From: Candidatus Woesearchaeota archaeon B3_Woes
GTDB lineage: Archaea; Nanobdellota; Nanobdellia; Woesearchaeales; B3-WOES
NCBI GenBank assembly: GCA_005222965.1
Contig: NJBG01000001.1
Location: forward strand, 549,533-613,532
Direction: 5' to 3'
Length of the DNA stretch: 64,000 bases
The notes beneath the pieces are model-generated. The model saw nothing but the letters and a program-made list of their open reading frames with translations, ran no database searches and was not told the DNA's origin. Below, piece after piece: positions 45,918-54,385 of this stretch (the first letter of the stretch is position 1; the number at the start of each line of letters is the position of its first letter). Position numbers and translations under genes: made by a program.

Positions 45918-46959
45918 TTTTCATTGTTTTAATCAGTTTGTTGTATGTTTTTGATTTTTTCTTTAATTTTGATGATATTTTGAATAGTAGTTGTGTTGTT
46001 TGTTGTATTTTTGATAGTGTTTGTGTCTTTATGTTGTATAGTGTTCCCTTTGTTGCCATGATTGTTGTTATCAGTTTGTATTTTGGGTTTTGTTTTTTGT
46101 GTTGTTTATTTAGTTTTTTTGCGTGATTGTATAGTTCTAAATCGTACTTGTTCTTTGTTAGTATGAACCTTTCTATTTTTTCTTTGTTTTTTGGATTGAA
46201 GTATTTTTTAGAGATATTCTTATTTTCCGAGAATTTGCTGATTCCTAGTAGGAGGTAGAGGTATAGAAAATCTTTAGGATTTTCTGTCAACCCTATAAAG
46301 TAGAATTTATTGAGTGTTTTTTTTATTTTTTCTAAGTTTTTTTTATTTATGTCTTTTTTTTGTATTCTCTTGCTTAGTGATAGATAAAACATATGAGTAC
46401 TAAGTGGTATGTTTAATATATGGATACTAAAGAATTTATATATGAATTCTTCTGTTAGATATGTGTTTGCCAGGAACCATTTTTTGAAGTTTAATACTCT
46501 TCCATTTTTTATAAGTTCCTTGTTCTTCTGTCTATGAATATCTAACTTCACTTTTTTAATGATTTTAAACTCTTCAGGATTAAGTTTATTTTTAAGCTTT
46601 CTAATATCTTCTTCAATCTTTTGTTTCAAAAATTGCCGGTTGAAGTTGTACTGTGATATTGTTCTGTCTACAGGGTTCCTAAGAAATGTTATGTATCTTG
46701 CCTTTCTGTCTGGAAAGAATTTGTGTAAGTTATAGTATGCTCCATGGCCAAATATTATTTTTATTTTGTCCTTCTGTTTTTTGTTTAATGATCTCAAATA
46801 GTTCTCGGTGTTTTCTTTGGTCCTTTCAAAGACCGGCTTTCCCCTTATAGTGAGAAGCAAATAGTTGTCTTTTTTCAAGTTAATTTCTATGTGTTTTCTT
46901 ATTGTAGTTCCGGCACATTTCTGGACATGTATAAATATGTATAATGGCTCTTTTGACAT
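45907..46959 (-). CDS. sulfotransferase family protein (tandem paralog)
   Basis: FIHVQKCAGTTI and TFLRNPVDRTISQYN. It overlaps the downstream paralog by 11 nt inside an (ATGAAAA)x3 repeat. Confidence 0.7.
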   Translation of the reverse strand: MSKEPLYIFIHVQKCAGTTIRKHIEINLKKDNYLLLTIRGKPVFERTKENTENYLRSLNKKQKDKIKIIFGHGAYYNLHKFFPDRKARYITFLRNPVDRTISQYNFNRQFLKQKIEEDIRKLKNKLNPEEFKIIKKVKLDIHRQKNKELIKNGRVLNFKKWFLANTYLTEEFIYKFFSIHILNIPLSTHMFYLSLSKRIQKKDINKKNLEKIKKTLNKFYFIGLTENPKDFLYLYLLLGISKFSENKNISKKYFNPKNKEKIERFILTKNKYDLELYNHAKKLNKQHKKQNPKYKLITTIMATKGTLYNIKTQTLSKIQQTTQLLFKISSKLKKKSKTYNKLIKTMKNEK

Positions 46960-46963
46960 AATG

Positions 46964-47722
46964 TTAACCCCGTTTAATAAATTTCACATATGCCTCAATA
47001 ACTTCTTTTGGCTTTCCGTCTTTTATAATCTTGCCTTTGTCAAGCCATATAACCCTATCACAATATTTCTCAATAAGTTTCAGGTTATGACCCACTAAAA
47101 TAAAAGTTGTTCCTTTTCCCATCAATTCTTCCAGTTTTTTTAAACTTTTATTTTTAAATTCCTCATCTCCTCCTGCAAAAATTTCATCTAATAGAAGAAT
47201 ATCTGGTTTATAATGCTCTATGTAATGTATGATAATAGAAAAGGCAATTCTCTTTCTCATGCCAGAAGAAAATTGATATATTTTTGTATTCACAAAATCC
47301 TGAAGACCTGCAAATTCTACAATTGAATTAAATTTTCTTTTAATATCTTTTTGACTAAGACCCAAAATAGAACTAACTAAATAAATATTATCCATTAAAG
47401 TTAATCTTGATCTTAATCCTACTCCAGATAATATAACAATATTTCCATTAGTTTTTATTTCTCCTTTATCTAAATTATAAATTCCCATAATAGTTTTAAG
47501 AAGGACGGTTTTTCCAGAACCGTTTTTTCCAATAATTCCAATATTTTCTCTTGAGTTTACGCTAAAAGAGATGCCTTTTAATGCCCAAAATTCTTTCTTA
47601 GGTTCTATTCCTGAAAAAAAGGAGATAAAATATGATAAAACACTTTGTTCTTTCTTAAAACCAATTCTAAATTTCTTTGATAAATTCTTGATTATTATCT
47701 CTTCCATTTTTTGTTTCATCAT
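46964..47722 (-). CDS. ABC transporter ATP-binding protein, polysaccharide export type (Wzt/TagH-like)
   Basis: Walker A is GKNGSGKT, the signature is SSGMRKRIAFS, and Walker B is ILLLDE. It overlaps the permease gene by 4 nt. Confidence 0.85.
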   Translation of the reverse strand: MMKQKMEEIIIKNLSKKFRIGFKKEQSVLSYFISFFSGIEPKKEFWALKGISFSVNSRENIGIIGKNGSGKTVLLKTIMGIYNLDKGEIKTNGNIVILSGVGLRSRLTLMDNIYLVSSILGLSQKDIKRKFNSIVEFAGLQDFVNTKIYQFSSGMRKRIAFSIIIHYIEHYKPDILLLDEIFAGGDEEFKNKSLKKLEELMGKGTTFILVGHNLKLIEKYCDRVIWLDKGKIIKDGKPKEVIEAYVKFIKRG

Positions 47723-48492
47723 ACTAATTCAGCAAATTTATGTTTATATTTTTCAAAAATAAACATTCCGAAAAAAAATAATATAAAACTAAATAATATT
47801 GCTCCAAATATCATCCATAATCTAGGAATTTGATTATAAATTATTATTTTTCTTGCTATCTTTATAAAATAATACATTGGATTTAAGGAATTAAAATTAA
47901 ATGGTAAATCTAAATTAGCACCATAGAAAATTGGTGTCGCAAACCACAATACTCTTGTAACAACATTCCAAAATCTTGCAAAATCAACGAAATAAGTTCC
48001 AATAGTGGATACTACAAATGAAACACCCAAGACAAAAAAAGAAAAAAAGGCAAAAATTAAGGGGTAAAAAATTACATTTATTGGTGAGATATTAAATAAA
48101 ATTAAAAGAAGTATTAAAAGAAGTATTTCAAAAAAATGAGAAAAAATATTTTTAAAGACAGTTGAAACAACAAAGACTTCATGATTAATATTTACTGATT
48201 TTATTAATCCAGCATTACCAATCATAACTCCTGTAGATTCACTAGTGGTTTTTCTAAAAAAGTTAAACATGATTAATCCAAGTAACAAATAAAGAGGGTA
48301 ATTTTCTATATCTACTCCAACAATATTTCTTATACTTAAAAGAATAACAAACATAAGAAGAGGATCTAACAAATACCATAAAATTCCTAGATAACTTCCT
48401 TCATTTCTCAATTTAAAGCCTGCTTTTGCTAATTGTAAACTCAAGCCTAAAATACTTTTTAATTTATGCCAACTTATTCTTATCTTCATCAT
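47719..48492 (-). CDS. ABC-2 type permease (Wzm/TagG-like)
   Basis: 257 aa with six hydrophobic helices. N-terminal LRNEGSYLGILWYLLDPLL is typical of ABC-2 permeases. Confidence 0.8.
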   Translation of the reverse strand: MMKIRISWHKLKSILGLSLQLAKAGFKLRNEGSYLGILWYLLDPLLMFVILLSIRNIVGVDIENYPLYLLLGLIMFNFFRKTTSESTGVMIGNAGLIKSVNINHEVFVVSTVFKNIFSHFFEILLLILLLILFNISPINVIFYPLIFAFFSFFVLGVSFVVSTIGTYFVDFARFWNVVTRVLWFATPIFYGANLDLPFNFNSLNPMYYFIKIARKIIIYNQIPRLWMIFGAILFSFILFFFGMFIFEKYKHKFAELV

Positions 48493-48632
48493 ATCTCCCC
48501 ATATTATAAATATTTTTTCTGAATAAATAACTTTATTTTAGTATATAAATACAATTCACTGAAATTATAAAAACCAGATACAATATTCTTTTTTGTTATT
48601 AAGATCATTAAATTTACTAAAAACATTTTAAA

Positions 48633-49760
48633 TTATTTCTTTTCAATTCCCAAAATACTCAAATAAAACACATTAAAAATTATTTGTATACCTATTATTA
48701 AAATAGTTGATGCTAATATAACCCTTCCTGGCTGGAAAAACCCACTAAAACCAGTCAATAACCATCTTATAAAAATATTCCCACTAATCAATAAACCTAT
48801 TAAAAATATTAAACTACCAAAAAAAAGACCCTTTTCTAATGTTAAATATTGAATAAACCTTTCAATCAAAAGAGATTTTTCTTTTAAAACTGCAAATAAA
48901 TATATTTTAGCAAATAATGTCAAAAAAATTAATTGAAAACCCAAAATAGCCAATAAACTGCACAAGATTGCAGTATGGATACCTAATCTAAAATTATTGA
49001 TCATTATATCCCCTGTACTTAAAAAAAGAACCCCTAAAATCCCAACAAAAAATATTAAAAAACCAGGTATAAAAAATAAATAAGAAGGGGTATGTAATAA
49101 CATGAATCTTAGATGCTTCCACCCATCATTAAAACTACTTAATTTACTTTTTCCTATTCGTTTATAATAATTTATAAGGACCTCTTTAACCTTAATTTTT
49201 TGTTTTACTGCCTTCATCAACATTTCAGAAGCAAATTCCATTCCACCAGTATTTAGTTCAAGCTTTTCAAAAGCTGTTTTTTTAATAATCCTAAAACCAG
49301 AGTGAACATCCTTAATTTTTGCTTTAAAAAATAATCTAAAGATAAAAGAAAGCAAAGGATTACCAATTGTTCTATGTAACCAAGGCATGGCTTTTTTATG
49401 AAAATAAGTTCTTTTTCCAAGAACTAAATCATATTTTTTAGAATATTGGATTAACTTAGGCAATTCATACAAATCATAAGTATTATCACTATCAACCATT
49501 ATTATTCTATTACCTTTTGTTACAGAAAATCCTTTTAGATATGCATTTCCATAACCTTGTTTTGGTTCAACAACAACTTTAGCGCCAAGTTTTTTAGCAA
49601 TACTAGCAGAATTATCTTTACAACCATTATCAACAACTATTATTTCATAACTAACCTTTAATTGAGAAAAAACCTTTTTTGCTTTTTCTATACAAATTCC
49701 AATAGTTTTTTCTTCATTCAAACAAGGCAAAACCAAGCTAAATTCAATATCAACACCCAT
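48633..49760 (-). CDS. GT2 polyprenol-phosphate glycosyltransferase (DPM1/GtrB-like) with C-terminal TM helices
   Basis: SLVLPCLNEEKTIG, VVDNGCKDNS and MVDSDNTYD (DxD), followed by 4 C-terminal TM segments. Confidence 0.8.
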   Translation of the reverse strand: MGVDIEFSLVLPCLNEEKTIGICIEKAKKVFSQLKVSYEIIVVDNGCKDNSASIAKKLGAKVVVEPKQGYGNAYLKGFSVTKGNRIIMVDSDNTYDLYELPKLIQYSKKYDLVLGKRTYFHKKAMPWLHRTIGNPLLSFIFRLFFKAKIKDVHSGFRIIKKTAFEKLELNTGGMEFASEMLMKAVKQKIKVKEVLINYYKRIGKSKLSSFNDGWKHLRFMLLHTPSYLFFIPGFLIFFVGILGVLFLSTGDIMINNFRLGIHTAILCSLLAILGFQLIFLTLFAKIYLFAVLKEKSLLIERFIQYLTLEKGLFFGSLIFLIGLLISGNIFIRWLLTGFSGFFQPGRVILASTILIIGIQIIFNVFYLSILGIEKK

Positions 49761-49825
49761 AAAAAGAATATTATCAAATTATTATTTAAATTTATGGGAT
49801 AATCACATTTACCAGAAGGATAAAT

Positions 49826-50704
49826 TTAAAGATTCAATTCATTTAATATCTTTCCTACACATGTTTTAACATCATTATGTTCTGTATCTACAATAACATC
49901 TGCTTTCGGCTCTTCAAATAAGTCAGATACTCCTGTAAAATTTTTAATTTCCCCTTTACGCGCCTTTTTATACATTCCTTTTTTGTCTCTTTTTTCGCAT
50001 GTTTCTAAACTACATTTAACATACACTAAACTAATATTTTCTATTATCCCCTTAACCATACTTCTTAACTCATTAGTGGGAGATATAAAGGAAGAGACCA
50101 CAAGATTGTCGTTTTCATTAAAAAGCCTTGCAACATGCGCAATCCTTCTTAGATTTTCTCGTCTATCTTTGTATGAAAATCCTAAATCTTCATTAAGCTT
50201 TCCACGCACATCATCACCATCAAGGTGAACAGTAGCATAACCTCTGTTGTATAACTCCTCTTTCAATTTTTTTGCGAGAGTGGTCTTACCAGAACAAGGT
50301 AACCCTGTAAACCATATTGTTGTCCTTAACGATTTGATATAATCTGTAACTTCCTTTGGAACACGATTTTCTTTTTTGTTCCTCACGTTTGTTCCTGATA
50401 TCTCAAGTATGGTGCTGGGGGGATCGATTTTGTTTATATCATACCCAACATTTCTTCCAATGTTTATGCTTTCTATATCAGGAATAGATATGACTTTTAC
50501 TTTGTCTCCGTAAACCCTTCTTATTATCTCAATGCGCTGTTTTACTGTATATGGATTTTTTTGCGAAAGTTCTGTTTGTCGAATTGCAATACATATATCC
50601 TTACCATCTGAGATGGCTTTGTCTATTAGGTATTTATGCCCATTATGAAAAGGCTGCCACCTCCCTATGAATAAAGCATATCTTTTATTATCTTTATATT
50701 TCAT
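49826..50704 (-). CDS. cysC: fusion of HxGH/ISxT nucleotidyltransferase domain with adenylylsulfate (APS) kinase
   Basis: The N-terminal ~125 aa read ALFIGRWQPFHNGH (HxGH) ... ISGTNVR (ISxTxxR). The C-terminal part reads WFTGLPCSGKTTLA (P-loop), LDGDDVR, FSYKDRRENLRRIAHVARLF and SFISP, all APS kinase motifs. Confidence 0.8.
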   Translation of the reverse strand: MKYKDNKRYALFIGRWQPFHNGHKYLIDKAISDGKDICIAIRQTELSQKNPYTVKQRIEIIRRVYGDKVKVISIPDIESINIGRNVGYDINKIDPPSTILEISGTNVRNKKENRVPKEVTDYIKSLRTTIWFTGLPCSGKTTLAKKLKEELYNRGYATVHLDGDDVRGKLNEDLGFSYKDRRENLRRIAHVARLFNENDNLVVSSFISPTNELRSMVKGIIENISLVYVKCSLETCEKRDKKGMYKKARKGEIKNFTGVSDLFEEPKADVIVDTEHNDVKTCVGKILNELNL

Positions 50705-50709
50705 TCTAA

Positions 50710-50805
50710 TTATTCTCTTATCTTTTTTATAAATGCTTTTGTATCAAACTTCTTTGATTCCATCAAACAAGGCAAAACCAAACTAAATTCAATATCCCCC
50801 CTCAT
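50710..50805 (-). pseudogene. chimeric gene remnant: GT2 5' end joined to GT4 3' end
   Basis: The 31-codon ORF is MRGDIEFSLVLPCLMESKKFDTKAFIKKIRE. Residues 1-14 match the GT2 start (MGVDIEFSLVLPCLNEE, 49760). Residues 17-31 match the GT4 C-terminus (KKFDTKIFIKKIKE, 41515-41560). The upstream 40 nt also duplicate the GT2 promoter region (49761-49800). Confidence 0.7.
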
Positions 50806-50881
50806 AAAAAGAACATTATAAAACCATTATTTAAATCTATGTAATCCCTATTATGAACAACAAAACATTTAAATATAATCC

Positions 50882-51250
50882 AACCACTCTTTATTTAGAG
50901 GTGATGGGGGAATAAAAAATGAAAGGATTAGTCCAGATTGTAACAGCATAAGTATACCTATAATTTTTTCTGGTTGTATTAAAGATGTACCTAACAATAC
51001 ATTTGATAATCATATAAAAGAACTAAATGCGGCAGAACAAAAGTATGGCTCATTTGGTTTTAACAAATATCAGGCATTTACTTTGCTCACAGCAGGAACA
51101 GATAGCACATTCGTAGCAAGATGTGTTGATTTATATGATCAATATAATATAGCACCAAGCCCAAATGAGATTGTTTCTTTCCAGCAACAAGAGTGGACTT
51201 GGGAAAAAATAGAAGAGAGTATTGCAGAAACTGCACAATATATAGAATAA
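50882..51250 (+). CDS. conserved-looking ORF without canonical start codon (possible AUA start at 50912 or a frameshifted gene)
   Basis: There is a stop-free run of 124 codons (50879-51247) in AT-rich DNA, which is very unlikely by chance. The only canonical in-frame start is a TTG leaving 55 aa. GGTGAT lies 6 nt upstream of the in-frame ATA at 50912. Confidence 0.4.
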   Translation, partial: NHSLFRGDGGIKNERISPDCNSISIPIIFSGCIKDVPNNTFDNHIKELNAAEQKYGSFGFNKYQAFTLLTAGTDSTFVARCVDLYDQYNIAPSPNEIVSFQQQEWTWEKIEESIAETAQYIE

Positions 51251-51275
51251 ATATTAATTAAAAAGGTGATAAAAA

Positions 51276-51554
51276 ATGAGACAAGAAGAGAAAACAAAAA
51301 AAACAATGGTTATTTTAGCAATAGCTTTAGTTATAGCCATTGGTTATATAGTAGTTATAAAATACAATACTGCACAACAACAAAAACAATTTGAAATTTT
51401 CCAACAAGGAACCCAACAAGGAGCCCAACAAACAGTAATCCAAATGGCGCAATTAGCTTCAACATGTCAAGAAGTTACTTTAAGATTAGAAAACAATCAA
51501 ACAATGAATCTAATTGCAGTTGACTGTATACAACAAACCGGAACTAAACAATAA
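51276..51554 (+). CDS. small membrane-anchored Gln-rich protein
   Basis: The TM segment is MVILAIALVIAIGYIVVI, followed by QQQKQFEIFQQGTQQGAQQ. Confidence 0.5.
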   Translation: MRQEEKTKKTMVILAIALVIAIGYIVVIKYNTAQQQKQFEIFQQGTQQGAQQTVIQMAQLASTCQEVTLRLENNQTMNLIAVDCIQQTGTKQ

Positions 51555-51636
51555 ATTATTTTTTCTAGTTTATTTTTAGAAGCATTTATAAAGGAGTATG
51601 TATACCATATTAATATGAAGTTAATTTGGTGTTAAA

Positions 51637-51870
51637 ATGGTAAAAGCGATAGTTAATATTGAAGAAAGTGCAAACAGAATCTTAAACATAGTGAAAGCTA
51701 AAGAAAATTTAAGAGATAAGAGTGCTGCTATTAATCTGATTTTGAATTTATACGGTAAAGAAATGTTAGAACCAGAACTTAGACCAGAATTTATTAAAGA
51801 GCTTTTAGAAGCTCAAAAAGAAGAAACTGCAAAAGTAAAAGATTGGGACAAACATTTTGGTCTAAATTAA
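51637..51870 (+). CDS. putative antitoxin (DUF2683-like, from memory)
   Basis: MVKAIVNIEESANRILNIVKAKENLRDKSAAINLILNLY. It lies directly upstream of a RelE-like gene. Confidence 0.55.
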   Translation: MVKAIVNIEESANRILNIVKAKENLRDKSAAINLILNLYGKEMLEPELRPEFIKELLEAQKEETAKVKDWDKHFGLN

Positions 51871-51879
51871 TTCTAAAAA

Positions 51880-52131
51880 ATGTATAATCTTGAAATAAGA
51901 AAAGAGGTTGAAAAAGTTCTTAAAAAACTCTCTAAAAAAGATAAGGTAAGTTCAATTTATATTAGTAAAAAAATAAAGGAGATAAAAGAAAACCCTTATC
52001 GTTTTAAACCACTTCAAAATTTTTGGAGAATACATATAGGTAACTATGTTCTTATTTATTCTATAAATGAAAAAACCAAAACAGTTATAATTGAAAAATA
52101 CAAACACCATAAAGAAGTCTATAAAATTTAA
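51880..52131 (+). CDS. relE: RelE/ParE-family toxin
   Basis: IKEIKENPYRFKPLQNFWRIHIGNYVLIYSINEKTKTVIIEKYKHHKEVY. Confidence 0.7.
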   Translation: MYNLEIRKEVEKVLKKLSKKDKVSSIYISKKIKEIKENPYRFKPLQNFWRIHIGNYVLIYSINEKTKTVIIEKYKHHKEVYKI

Positions 52132-52192
52132 ACTTTTTCTAAAAACCAAAATAATATAAACAAAAACACAATACTATCAATAGGGGCGAAAA

Positions 52193-53386
52193 ATGAAATT
52201 TGCACATTTAGCAGACTGTCATATTGGAAGCTGGAGAGATCCAAAACTGAATAATGCTTCAACAAAAGCATTCACAAAAGCAATAGACGAATGTATAGAA
52301 AAAAAAGTAGATTTTATTGTGATAGCAGGGGATTTATTCAACACATCTTTACCTTCTATAACTCATCTAAAAAAAATAACAAAAAAACTAAAACAATTAA
52401 AAGACAAAGACATTCCAGTCTATATTGTTGCAGGCTCTCATGATTTTTCTTCTTCTGGAAAAACAATGCTAGATGTTTTAGAAAATGCAGGACTATTAAC
52501 AAATGTAGTAAAAGGAGATGTAATTGATAATAAATTAAATCTAAAATTTACAATAGATAAGAAAACAGGAACAAAAATAACAGGATTATTAGGAAGAAAA
52601 GGAATGCTGGAAAAATCCTATTATGAATCCTTAAACAAAGAACCTTTGGAAAAAGAAAAAGGTTATAAAATATTTGTTTTCCACTCTTTATTATCAGAAT
52701 TTAAACCAAAAGATATGGAAAATATAGATGCACAACCCCTGAGTTTATTACCAAGAAATTTCAATTACTATGCAGGGGGCCATCCACACTTTGTCTTTAA
52801 AAAACAAGAAGAGAATTACGGTTTAATAACTTATCCTGGACCTTTGTTCCCTAATAATTTTAAAGAATTAGAAAAACTCCAAAAAGGGGGGTTCTATATA
52901 ATTGAAGATAACAATATAGAATGGATTCCAACCCAAATATACAATGTATACTCAATAAATATTGATGCTAATAATAAATCACCAGAGCACATACAAAAAG
53001 AGATAGAAGAACAAACAAAAAATCACGAATTCAACAACACAATAATAACAATAAGAATTCAAGGAACACTAAGCTCAGGAAAAATATCAGATATTAATTT
53101 TAAATCAATCTTTAAAAAATTGTATGACAAATCAGCTTATTTCATTCTAAAAAACACATCAAAACTTCAAACAAAAGAATTTGAAGAAATAAAAATACAA
53201 GCAACATCAGTAGATGAAATAGAAGACAAATTAATAAAAGAGCATTTAGGCCAGACAAAAATAAGCTTAGATGAAGAAAAACTAACAAAAGATTTAATAA
53301 ACTTTTTATCAGCAGAAAAACAAGAAGGAGAAAGAGTCATTGACTTTGAGAACAGACTAAAACAAGAAATAAATGAAGTTTTATAA
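52193..53386 (+). CDS. mre11: DNA double-strand break repair nuclease Mre11
   Basis: The phosphoesterase motifs are [22 protein letters not shown] and GGHPH. Length is 397 aa. Confidence 0.8.
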   Translation: MKFAHLADCHIGSWRDPKLNNASTKAFTKAIDECIEKKVDFIVIAGDLFNTSLPSITHLKKITKKLKQLKDKDIPVYIVAGSHDFSSSGKTMLDVLENAGLLTNVVKGDVIDNKLNLKFTIDKKTGTKITGLLGRKGMLEKSYYESLNKEPLEKEKGYKIFVFHSLLSEFKPKDMENIDAQPLSLLPRNFNYYAGGHPHFVFKKQEENYGLITYPGPLFPNNFKELEKLQKGGFYIIEDNNIEWIPTQIYNVYSINIDANNKSPEHIQKEIEEQTKNHEFNNTIITIRIQGTLSSGKISDINFKSIFKKLYDKSAYFILKNTSKLQTKEFEEIKIQATSVDEIEDKLIKEHLGQTKISLDEEKLTKDLINFLSAEKQEGERVIDFENRLKQEINEVL

Positions 53387-54310
53387 AATATTTTTAAAAT
53401 AATTTATTGTTTCTTTTAAACCTCTTCCTAATTTTACATTTGGTTTCCATTCTAATTTTTTCTTTGCTAAGCTTATATCTGGCTGTCTTTGTGTTGGGTC
53501 ATCTTTTGGTAATTCTTTATAGATTATCTTTGATTTGGAATTTGTTAACTTTATTATCTGTTTAGCTAAATCTAAAATGGTAATTTCATTTGGATTTCCA
53601 AGATTAACAGGACCAATAAAATCTTTTTGATTCATCATTTTGTACATTCCTTCAATTAAATCAGTCACATAACAAAAACTTCTTGTTTGTGAACCATTCC
53701 CATAAATAGTTATTGGTTTGTTTTTTAAAGCCTGAATGATAAAATTAGAAATAACCCTTCCATCATTTATTGCCATATTTGGGCCATATGTATTAAAAAT
53801 CCTAACAATTCTTATATCAACTTTATTTTCTCTATGATAATCCATCATAAATGTTTCTGCTACTCTTTTACCTTCATCATAACAACTCCTAACCCCAATA
53901 GGATTTACATTTCCCCAATAACTCTCTTTTTGAGGATGTTGTTTTGGATCTCCATAAATTTCAGAAGTTGATGCTTGTAAAATTCTTGCTTTAGATATTT
54001 TAGCTAATTCTAACATATTATGTATTCCAATAGTGCTAGTCAATATGGTTTTTATTGGATCCAATTGATAATGAATAGGTGATGCAGGGCATGCTAAATT
54101 GTATATCTGATCTACCTCTAAATGTATTTTTTGTGTTATATCATGTCTAATTTCTTCAAAATTTAGATTTTTGAGAAATGGTTTTATGTTTGTTTTACTT
54201 CCTGTAAAAAAATTGTCCATACAAATAACTTCTTCTCCTTTATCTAACAGGTATTTGCATAGGTGACTCCCGATAAATCCCGCTCCTCCTGTTACTAATA
54301 CCCTTACCAT
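53381..54310 (-). CDS. UDP-glucuronate decarboxylase (UXS-type SDR)
   Basis: [36 protein letters not shown], with DNFFTG as the UXS hallmark, plus YDEGKR. The internal Met at 54310 is preferred as the start. Confidence 0.8.
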   Translation of the reverse strand: MVRVLVTGGAGFIGSHLCKYLLDKGEEVICMDNFFTGSKTNIKPFLKNLNFEEIRHDITQKIHLEVDQIYNLACPASPIHYQLDPIKTILTSTIGIHNMLELAKISKARILQASTSEIYGDPKQHPQKESYWGNVNPIGVRSCYDEGKRVAETFMMDYHRENKVDIRIVRIFNTYGPNMAINDGRVISNFIIQALKNKPITIYGNGSQTRSFCYVTDLIEGMYKMMNQKDFIGPVNLGNPNEITILDLAKQIIKLTNSKSKIIYKELPKDDPTQRQPDISLAKKKLEWKPNVKLGRGLKETINYFKNIL

Positions 54311-54385
54311 ATAATGATGCACCTTATTTTATATATAAAACTATATATTTTATAAAATTAGTTTATTAGATAAAAGAACTATTTG

